DNA of 64,000 nucleotides from the human T2T-CHM13v2.0 reference genome, Homo sapiens. This document shows, piece after piece, positions 53,166 to 64,000 of the stretch. The stretch lies in the NCBI RefSeq assembly GCF_009914755.1, contig NC_060934.1; one strand, 5' to 3'. Within the stretch, counting starts at the first letter, position 1. The number at the start of each line of letters is the position of its first letter. The notes under the pieces were generated by a model. It was not told where the DNA came from and made no database searches. It worked only from the letters and a program-made list of their open reading frames with translations. The position numbers and the translations under genes were made by a program.

Positions 53166-56100
53166 GATGCATACTATAGCCAAAACTCAGAAAAGAGATA
53201 AAAAGGGCAAACTCTTATGGTCAGAGAACTCAAAAGGCACATTTTCCATGCAATTATTTTTGTAACAGCAGAATAAACCCATTTATCTAATAGAGTTATA
53301 GTAATAAATGGTATATTCAATTTTTCGTAGGGATGATGGAAATGTCATCTACATAAAGCCAGACCGAAAAAGCTGTTTTCAAACAGACCCTCAGGGCAGA
53401 ATCCATGGTTCAGGTGAGTCCTCCCTTCCTTCTCTTCTTCTGGCTGGCAAGCCATGCCTTCTCTTTGTGGCCTCAGTGGGTCCCTGAGCGCCTCGTTCCT
53501 TCAGCCTGGGGTTTACAGGGAACCCCTGAGGGTTTGCTGGTCACTGATGCAATCAGGTTCTTGTGATTCCACGCAGCTCTTACTGTGACAATGTCACCTT
53601 CCCGTCTCTCAGAGGCATTGCCCAGGGAGCGAGGTGGGCCTGGAGACCACTGGTGCCCTTCTTTCCTTGCCAATCTCTGATTCTGGATTGAATGGGTATG
53701 AATGGTCTCCTCTGAGAAGCCTGGATTTAGGATTCAGTAAAAAGTCCAGGGTGACCATTTCCTACTGCACTTGCACTTATAATTCTACTTGTAACTTATT
53801 TTTAATATATGTAGTTTCTATTGGGATAAGGAAAATGCACTTACTTATTCAAGTCCTAGTAAGTTGCTTTTTATAACTATTTTCTTAAAAAGTAAGTACC
53901 CAACCTACAGCTACTATTGCCTGAGGAGGCAAAACATTTTGGATATATAAAGAGGGCCCTTACCTTTGAAAAGAAATGAAATTTCTGCTTTAGATGTTTC
54001 AATAACAGGAAGAGTGATGCAAAAGGGCTTCAACGTATATTGGCTTAGAATATGAATTTATGGACAACTTAGAGAACGTTAAGAGGACTAGCAGCCCATT
54101 ATCTGGCAAATGAATGTCTAAAGTCAATGATTGGAATGAAATAAAATATTGATTTTCATGACAAAATGTCCATAGAACAATCAGTTTGGGTGAACAGCTG
54201 CACAGTTCTGGAATTTAAACATTCAAACAGTCTAGTGATCACGATGTTTACCAATCAATTTGTTAGTGATTTAGTTTAAAGGATGGCATTTACAATATGT
54301 ATATTTCTTTCACGTGAAAATTACACGCAATTCAAGATCATTCCCGTTGGTGATTCCTGGGCTGGGTTTCAGGTTCTCCATGTCTCTTCCCCCGCTCCTT
54401 CCTTTCCTGTTGCCCAAGTTTGGGCATGCAGCTGGTGTCCCAGCACCTTTCTGGGGGCCTACAGTCTTCACCCTATGGCACTAGTTCTTGAAGTTCTCCT
54501 CACATGGGGCTTAGAAGTGCAAAGTCAAGCCCCAGCCCAGACTCTCTGAGCTGGAAACCTGAGCGGGGGGGAGCATCCTGGCTGTGCCTGGCAAGCTCCC
54601 AGGTAACCCTGGACACAGCTGGTGAGGAGTGCAAAAGAATGCTCTCTACGCAAGCAGGTGAGAGCCCTGCTTCACAGCCCAAGGAAGGGACGTGGGAAAG
54701 GTTTAGGGCCTGCAAGAGACAATATGCCTTTCAGACAGAGGCTGATTGGCAAAACATGCAATGAGATGAATCCATCAAGCCTGTGTCCATCCCAAGTCCG
54801 AAGGAGACCACGAGAGAGCCAGCTAGAGTCCCACAGGTGGTCAAGAGGGAAGAAAAGGTGCAGGGAAGGGATGATTTCTTTCTGGCCGGAAGTTCTTTCT
54901 CTAAGCAAGCAGGTTTAGCGGTAGTAGAAGGGACTCTATGGGAGTGTGGGTTGGGGCACTTGGAGAGCTGACAGGCTCCTGCACAGACTGAACAGGAGAC
55001 ACACTGGGCTGGTACCTGCTTCCTGCACGGGGAACAGAAGCCATTGAAGCCAGGGCCCATTGAGTCAACAACAAGTGTGTGTCAGGCAAACTAAACCTGA
55101 GGTTCACATTACCCCAGTGAAACGGCCTGTGCTGTTGTGCCATTTTGTACTGATTTTGTCCATCCATGACAGAATGTGGGGCAAATAGACCAGTAATTCA
55201 GGCAAAGAATGAAGAATTCCACCATCTACTTAAACTGCCAAAAGGAGTGAGGATTTTTAACAACAACAAAAACAAAGCAAAAAATATAATGTCTAATCTG
55301 GACAGGTAACAATATACACGTTTTGAAATGTCTATAATTCAACAACAAATATGAAATGTAATCCATTTCAGTTAGGCCTTTTAACTTTGATAAATAAAAT
55401 GAAACTTTGAATTTTCTTCTCGCAAGTGGCTGATCCCTAACTCTGGTGGGCAGAAGTTGGGCTTCCCCTGGCCGAGGTCTCCGAGGGCTGAGCTGCCCCT
55501 CTTCCTCCATTCATGAACGATTCACCACGTCCATCAGAGGCTAGAGAGGACCCGGTTCTCTGTCACTTGTTAGTAATGCTAGGCCATTTAGGCTGGGACA
55601 GAGGTCTGAAGGACCCTGAAACTCTGGAGTCACAGAAATATAGTCCACGCTCTGTGTCCCAAGACCTAACCTCGGCTCTGAAGTTTCTCATCACCTAATG
55701 CTGTGATCTGCAGCTGAGACACACGTTTGAGCCACAGGCTGCTGTCCTGCTTGAGAAATGATGATGACCACATCCCAGACACCAGGCACCAGCTACCGAA
55801 GCCCTATTCACCTGCAGACATGGAGGGACGCCCTGACCCAGGAGCTCTGCATCAGTGCCATTCACTCCTCCAGTAAAGTACGAGAGCTCGTTGATGCTGA
55901 CACGATGGGAACCCTAGGGACCCTGCCCGCAGCGACATGCATAGAATCATGACTCCAGGCAGGGGACGTCACACGGCTGACTTCTGACTCCAGGAGGCAT
56001 CCGCCTAGTGCCTCTGGACCTGCCTGGGGCTCCAGCCATCACCCACACTGGACATGACGCGGCTGACCTCTGTGGGCTTAGGGCATGGTCCTCCAGGCCT

Positions 56101-56686
56101 CGCATGAACTTTAAGTGGAAAAGTGGCTTCTAATAGGTAAGTAGTGGTTGTTTTTAACATGGCTCCCAGCTTGATAATTTCAGAGACTGCTGTCTACCCA
56201 TCACACCCCACACAACAGTGTGCAAGGGCAATGCAATATAGCCCTGTCCCATGGGGGGCCAAGACCACAGCATCCACTGGAAACTGATGTAGGTTTCAGG
56301 GGGATTCTGAAAGAAGGGTAAAACACAACTTCTGGCATCATCTATTTATCATCTTGTTCATGAAACAAGATCCATGCAAATGGAAAGTGATTTGACATAG
56401 TATAAAAGTCTGTGCCAACGTCTGGAGCGGGGTTTGGAAAGTCCATAAGATATTAAAGGAGGAAAAGGTATTTTGAGAAGACCTTTTGCATTTGCCTCAC
56501 AGTTTATTTCCTGGATTTATGCTCACCGGGTCCCTCAGTCCCAGAGGTCATGGAGACGCAGCGTGCCTGTGCTGCTGCTGAGATGTTTGTCCAAGAGAAT
56601 TTAAATCGTCACCAGCGGCAGGAAATAGTGAGTGTGCAGTGCATGAAAGAACTCTACCACTCTATCTTCGGGGACCATTGACAGAC

Positions 56687-57103
56687 GGGAGGAAGGAAGG
56701 GGATGAGAGGAGGGAAGGAAGGAAAAAAGGAAGAAAAGGGGAAAAGAAGGGAGAAAGAGAAGGAAGGAGAATGGAGGAAGGAAAGTGGGAAGGAAGAGAA
56801 AGAAAGACAGAAGGAGGGAAGGAGAGAGGAAGGAAAAAAGGAATGAGGAAGGAAGAAAGGAAGAAAAAAGAGAAATGAAGGGAGGGAGGGAAGGAGGGAG
56901 GACGAGAAGGAAGAAAAAATGGAAGGAGGAGGAAAAAGTAAGAAAGAAAAAGGAAGGAAGGAAAGAAAAAAGTAAGAAAGAAAGAGAAGAAAGAAGGAAG
57001 GAAGGAAAGAAAGAGAAAGAGAAAGAAAGAAAGAAAGAAAAGCAAGGGAGGGAGGAGGAAGGAAGGAGAGAAGGAAGTCTGGGAGGGAGGGGAGATGGGG
57101 GTA
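56687..57103. repeat. ~410-bp polypurine (GGAA/GAAA) tract
   Basis: Almost exclusively A/G on the + strand. Confidence 0.96.
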
Positions 57104-58987
57104 GGGACAGCATTTCCCTCCGCATTGCCGGCCCTCTGTCTTGAGCCCCTGCAGGGTGCCGGATGGCCATGCCCTATTGTGCGTCCCTCTTGCAGCAACA
57201 CCACATTAAACCGTGGCATCCTCTTGAAGCTGCCCCTGCGGATTGCACGGCTAATGCAGAAGGCTAGAAAGAAGGACCCGAAACGCCCACCAAACTATAA
57301 ATTAAGGCGAAGATCTCAGGAGCAATGTGCCTGGTGCCCGGCGTCGCTGGCCTTTGGTCCCCTTTCAGGGAGCCTGACCCTGCTCCCAGAGACGCTTTTC
57401 GGATTCGCTCAGCTCACAGGCGGGATGGGAATGTGCCGCAGGGCTGCTGCCTCACACGTCCGGGTTTAATAGACTTTTTTCCACTGATAAAAGACCACTA
57501 ATGAGTTCATTTTCAAGCTATTAAACGGGCTATAATAGCTAGTTCTCCTGATGATTGCACAGAGACCCGCTGGTCACAGCGGGTTTGTCTCCCCGATTAA
57601 CTCTTTGCTGCCCTGGTGCCAGGAGGCTGCGTGCCTGGGAAGGCGGCACCCCCACCTGCCAGCCCTGTCTGCCCCTGTCTCCTGCTTTCAGGTTCTCAGG
57701 GCCAAGAAGCCTCCTGGCCCGAGGACCCACAAATCTGCTCTCCTGCATGCATCCAACAGCTGCCATCTCTTCCCTTATGAGAAACCTTCGGTCCTAAGCC
57801 AGGGCATCAGCTGACTGGTTGCACAGAGGGTGTTTCAATATTCACATTTCACATGAGGGACTGCGTGCTCTCTTAACTGTGTGTCTGTAATCCTGAAAGA
57901 ACACCCTAGGAAGACGCTTCCCTTGGGGACACTCTTTTATCAACACAGGGAGCACATGGGCGGGGCTTTAACCCACACACTGGGCTCTACTGGGCCCGGG
58001 TGAGCTGTGTGGCTGCAAAGAGTGTGTCGCCCTGTGTCTGTGGTCATGACCACGCGTAGCGTTAGCAAATCACCTCTCCAGGTGTCTGGTTTAAACACCC
58101 TTCTCCAGCATCGGAGGGCAGGTGATGAATAGCAGGGCGCTGACAGTCCCCGTCTGCCCTCTTCATTAGGATTGCAGCAGGCCGACTTCAGATGCTTCTG
58201 CTTAGCATAATTTTGTTTTCAGCTATTTAAGCAAAGGTGCCCAGAGACCTTCAAGCTTGGGCAGCCACCAGCTGAATTGGATTGCTGCATTTTTTTTTTA
58301 TTATTACTGCCTGTTTTCCTTTTTAAGATTGTTTTATTATGAGAGGCCCAATAGGTCAGAGATGTTAAATTGCACAGTGATAAATGCTCCTAGGCCCCCT
58401 CCAGCCTGTTCTCAGGATCCTTCCAGAATCACCGTGGGCTCCCTGCCTCCCTGCAGCCCCAGGGCCCCTACACGGGCAGTTCTGCTGCTCGCCTCCAGCC
58501 TCTGCACAAGGTGCTGGCTGGGAACCCAGGTGCAGTCTCAACGATACGATATGTCCACAGGCCCCTTTCTCCTAGCCCAGACCCCAAGTTAAGGGCCAGA
58601 AACAGGCTTTGCTCCCCTCTGTCCCCACACTCAGTGATGAACATTGCATCTATGTCTTTGCAAAGACAGAAAAAGGGATAATTTTCAGTAACTAGCACTA
58701 CTTTTCTGGGTAAAACAAGTGGACAGAAAGAAAAGCACTAGGCACTGGGGCCTGTAAACCTGAGTCATTGATGTGGGGTCGGGACAGGTGCCTGCCGGGG
58801 TCCTCATCCAGCACCAGCTGCTGAGCCGGGAATAAGGGGCTTCCTCGTCAGAGCCCTCGTCTAGGGACTTGCTGGGCCACAGATGCCTCTCCATCCGGGG
58901 TCTTTTAGTTTGTGTCCCGGCATTTCACAAGGTCATAAGGCCAAGCAAGAATGCTTTAAGCAGGACTGTTCATGGAGATGGGCAGGC

Positions 58988-59160
58988 GCACACACACACA
59001 CACACACATGCACAGACACACATGTGCACAGGCACATGCACACATACAGACACATACAGACACAGACATGCACACACAAAGACTCGCAGACACACCCATA
59101 CATACACATACAAACACACATAGACATGTAAATGCACACACACAGACTCACACACACACA
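58988..59160. repeat. CA-rich tract abutting a short MLT1-like end (59160-59210, -)
   Basis: Degenerate (CA)n, then ggctttaactcatgaattttggggacctattcagcccata. Confidence 0.8.
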
Positions 59161-60739
59161 TGAGGTGGGGGCTTTAACTCATGAATTTTGGGGACCTATT
59201 CAGCCCATAAAATGTCCACCAAATTGTACATTAGTGGTAGGAAATACATATGGTCCATACGACGACATCAACGTTACAAGCCTTTACTTTCCAGTCACTG
59301 GTGCCGCGTGTCTGCAAGTAGTCCTAAACCTCCCCAAACATACAAAGGGCAAGGGAGGGGGAGGAAACCTTCCCCGTGGACCCGGCTTTCCCCAGAAAGG
59401 CTGAGGAGTGTCACAGGCTGAGGGCTGGGGGCTCTCTCAGGCCCGTTTTGGAGGCGCGGAGTGAATGCATCTTCCAGCGGCCGATCTTTCTTCTTCTCCT
59501 GGACCTTCAGTGTGCCCAAGGCCCATAAATCAGCGTGTGCTGCTGAAATCTGTAATACTCAGTTCCTCTCTCAACTTACTCTCAGAACAAATAATTTAAG
59601 ACACTAAGACAGTGGCAGTATATCTGATCCAAGGGGGAAATTCACTCTCATTTCGTTGGAAAGCAGCTGCCTGGATGAAATTCTCTCTCCAATAATTGAT
59701 TTTCTCCCTCTTGCTGCTTCACTCGCTGGAGCTCCCCATTCCCCAAATGCTGGGGAGGTGGGGGGTCTCGTGGGATGAGAACTCGGCTCTCCCCCTCCAC
59801 TCACATCCTTAATGCATCTTGGCCTCTTCCTCCCTCCTTGGGAACAGGGCACGGTGCCCCCATTGATGTTCCTAATACGGGAATATGACACATACATTAG
59901 GCTGAAGGAAAGGAGGAAAAAACATTTTTGCCTTTGGTGTAATTTCAGCCCAGAAGTAGCGGATTCATTTCACACGACCTTAGCTCAAGGTGACTTGATA
60001 TATCGTCCCAGCGATGAGATTTTTTTTGTGTCTCTCTTATCCACCCATCTCCTTCTGAAGGAAACTCTTGCAGCAGTGAAAAAAGATGGACAGACAGAGC
60101 CCTGGGCAACCCTGGACCATGCACCCCAGATGCGTGGTGCCTGGGGGTGCAGCTGGGGCCTCTTCCCGCCCCCACCTGCCCTTGTCTGTTTCTTTCTGTT
60201 TCACCCCGTGTGAGCAAGGAGACCGGTCTTCAGAATCACAAGGAATTAGGCAGAACTCATCTCCCAGCGCTGGGGGGCACGATGAGGTGGGTTCGGGCCG
60301 ACCAGGGAGATTGGAGTGGATCTTTCCAGCTGGCAGGTCCTGTGACTCGGTTCCTCCCCAGGGCTGAGCCGAGGGGGCCGCCTCTCCCACAGCTCATCAG
60401 CCATTAAGAGAAATTCAGAAGAGGCTGGGGTCCTCGTCTTTTTCTGAGTTGTGAGGAGGGGCCGCGTCCTTGTGCTTCTGCACCAAGCACGAATCTGCCC
60501 TGCAGGAGGGAATGGGCGTGTTCCTCAAATAGAACACGGGAAGCCAGGAGGAAAGAGCAGAGCGGCCATGGCCGCCCTCCCCAGCCAGGACCCGAGGCCT
60601 GAGCTCCAGAGGGAGGGGCTGGACCTAAGGAGGCGGTCACAACGCCGGTGGGTCAAGCCTATTAGAAAGCAGCAGGTGGTCATGAAATGTTGTTGAAACA
60701 GAGGCTAAGACAGGGCTAGCAATTGTTCCGTAGATAGTA

Positions 60740-60910
60740 CACATTCCTAATATTACTGATCTTCCCAACTCTGAGGCAGCCTCTATTATTGTCCTTGTTT
60801 ATAGGTGAGAAAATTAGGGTTGAAAGTCATTAAATAACGTGTCCAAATCACCTGCCAGTGATAGAGCCAATATCGCAGCCCTGTGTGTTGCCTGAGGCTC
60901 TTCTCTTGAA
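60740..60910 (-). mobile_element. MIR remnant
   Basis: cttcccaactctgaggcag...tattattgtccttgtttataggtgagaaaatt...taaataacgtgtccaa. Confidence 0.65.
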
Positions 60911-60911
60911 C

Positions 60912-61128
60912 CAGAGGTCAGCAAACTATGGCCCTTGAGCTGGATCCAGCCAGCAACCTGCATATCTTGTTATTTATTTGTTTATTTGGCATCCATGAGG
61001 TAACAATGGTTTTTATTTATAAGGGCTACGTTGTATAAGCAGGTACATAATATCCTCGTTTTGCCTCTTGCTCTGCAAAACCTAAGCTACTCACTATCTG
61101 ATCTTGAGGATAAGTGTGCAGAGCCCTA
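60912..61128 (+). mobile_element. MER58C-like DNA transposon
   Basis: cagaggtcagcaaactatggccc...ccatgag.taa.aatggttttta...tacataatatcctcgttttgcctcttg. Confidence 0.8.
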
Positions 61129-62868
61129 TCTTAAACTATTGGGTTGTAGTGATTAGTAGCTGAAATAAATGTTATTTTAAATTATAGTGTCTGAAGTTTT
61201 GATGAAAGCTGTTGATAATGGGTTGTGAACAAGTTAACACTTCCGTTTACTTCTAGAGTTACAGCCCACATGAATTGAATGACTTCTAGTGGGCGTAACA
61301 GAGCTTCAGAATTGTAAAGGCTCTGATGGACAGCTCCCCGGCATCTGTCTGACAGAGATAAAAGTAAACTTTACTGTTACCCTAACGTCTCCAGAGTAAG
61401 ATCTGTGGAAGGAGAAATGTACAAAGAAAGGCGTTTACTTACAGGAAGCAACATGGTTCTCAGAATGCCTTTGGGGCAAAACAAGCATTAGCCATGCCTG
61501 AAATGTGTGTCTTGTGTGGTCAGTTGAATGTCTTCAAACCCATTCCATGAAAAGATTTTTTTTAAGCAAAAATATAAATATCATGATTCTTCAATGGCAT
61601 GTCTTTATAATTTTTCCTACTACTTCTTGTCGTTACCATTTCAAGGACAACATCCATGAGACATTCTTCAGTCCTCAGGATTACCTGTGATTTCAAAGCG
61701 AATTTGAAAATCCACCCCAGCAGCAGGGTGGGGTAACTGTGCAGAGTTTCCAGCAACTCATGCAGCCACCCAAAACAAAAGGAGTATACAGCAGATGCTC
61801 ATTTTCGTGAATGCAGAGCTGAGTAAACTATTAGCACGTCAGTGTATCCAGGTTTACATGCTGTAATCGTGTTCACCCATGAGCTGGGATTTGCCTGGAA
61901 GTTATCTTTTGGTAGAGTCTTCAAAGGTGGAGTTGAATAGACATGTTTCTTATTAGCTGGTTTCTGCTACTTTATGATTAGAACACGATGCCTTTATGTA
62001 CAAAGCTAATAACGGAGATAAGGCTGGATGGTGAGCCGAAAGCCCGCAGCTCTGCACCTGAGAGCAGCAAGCCAGTGGTTAAATGTGCGCGGGAAGCACG
62101 GGGAAATTCAAGGAGTTTATTTCTCCAGGCTTTCCAATTTGATTACTATAGAGTACAAAGCTATTAAAAATATGACCTTTGTATTTTTTATACCTTGGCA
62201 AAAAGCCAGATAATAACTTTGTTTGACTTGGTTAGTGTGATAGAGTGCTTATTCAGATGGAAATAAAATGACTTTTCTTTACTGGAAATTATACCTTGAA
62301 GTCTAAATGTCCATCACTGATACAACACACAGACAGCCTGAAAACCACCGAGGCTGTTAAAGAGAAGAATGCAGCATTTCCATTTTCTCAAAGGAAAAAT
62401 TTATATTTTTGTACAGATGTCATCAACTTAACATGGTAAAAGGTAAATCTATTGTTTCAATACAAAAGTTAAAAAAATTGATTACATTAACAGAATATCA
62501 ATGTTTATTACAGCTTTAAAAAGCAAAATAGATACTGTTCTCTCCTTAAAACATTGTTTTCTCATTGGAACTTTTAAACTAGGCAAAGCAAAAACATTTG
62601 GCTACATCAGCCTGGGTTTTAATTTGAATTTTAAAGAATACAGAAAAAGCAATGATTTTATTTATCTAAATTAAGGATCAATTTCTGAAAGTTCACCAAA
62701 CATGGGAGATGTTGCTCTCAGGGTTTATAACGAGTGAAATAAAAAGCAGATTTTGTTGATGAGTTCCCATCCCATACAGAAAAATAGGTTCCCTCAATGA
62801 GTATTAGCAGAGAGAGGGTGTGTCTGTTTCAGGACTTAGTAAGAATTTTAGAAAAAAATGCCCTTTTT

Positions 62869-63272
<404 letters not shown>

Positions 63273-64000
63273 CTACTGAGAAGTGTATGTGTTGGATTGG
63301 TAAAAAACAGCAAACAAAGTTACTTCTGTCTGAGGCCTGAATTTTTAAATTTTTATTTTTTTGCTATTAGAAAATAATGACAAAAATTACAATAGTGAGA
63401 ACAGGGTATGAAGGAAAGTTCTAGAATGGTCAGCAGGTGCACTGCTTAGTGGTCTGTCTGCCTCCAGGTTCACTCTCCACTGCCTGCCCCACCTTGGAGC
63501 CAATGCCATGGCCTTGCCTTCCCGCCCTGCCATGCTGTGCTCACAGCAGCCTTCCAGATTGAAGTGTGCCTGCCCCTCCCCAGAGAAGCTGGGCATCCCC
63601 TCCAGCCCATGCTGGGGAGGCAGCACAGCCCTGGATGTGGCCCAGGACTCACTGCCATCGCCAGGTACCCACCACCCAGAGGCCCAGGATGCGCGGTATG
63701 GTGGATGTGTCAGGGTGCACAGCTGTCTGGGTGGGGCATTGTCCACCCGGGAGAGTGTGTCTTACACCAAGTCCGATGCATGCCATTTCCCTCAGTCAGA
63801 AGGCACAGAACGCACAGACTCGAATGGGAATTGGGCTCTCCCACTGACAACCTCACTGGAAGGATGTGTTTCTTCCACCCCCAGGACTTGGGTATGCTGG
63901 ATTTGCAGATGTAGTGAGCAAAGGAGGTTTTCCTCTACTGGAGAAGATGGCCATGCTTCTGTAAGAAGGAGGCTGAGGCTGTTCCCAGGACACTTTCACC

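Noticed and set aside
56601-57219. Hydrophobic F/S/L 'membrane' ORFs and K/E/R ORFs (also 16.7-17.2 kb)
   Set aside because: Polypurine/polypyrimidine tract translations

Overview
Primate (very probably human) non-coding genomic DNA. It contains Alu (J/S/Y), L1 (L1PA2-like to L1MC-age), MaLR/ERV1 solo LTRs (THE1B, MLT1, MER4A), DNA-transposon fossils (MER5, MER33, MER58, MER81), MIR and L2. It also has an unusually high density of GC-rich minisatellites (about a dozen arrays, 12-128 bp units), as is typical of distal or subtelomeric chromosome arms. I recognise no protein-coding gene: the only genuine protein similarity is L1 ORF2 debris, and the long ORFs are repeat read-throughs. I cannot name the locus. 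Most notable items: (1) a ~0.7 kb 12-mer array with about 34 exact CAG|GTGAGT splice donors/CAGGTG E-boxes directly behind a plausible 3' splice site; (2) a 23-copy 63-bp VNTR open in two + frames; (3) a THE1B LTR with an intact DUX4 site and a partly broken PRDM9 motif; (4) a perfect DR5/DR0 nuclear-receptor composite; (5) a twin-primed L1PA2-like insertion; (6) small repair scars; (7) homeodomain-site-rich unique islands that look like developmental enhancers. Repeat subfamily names come from recalled consensus features, not from a search. I found no convincing new biological system; the splice-site VNTRs are the best lead.
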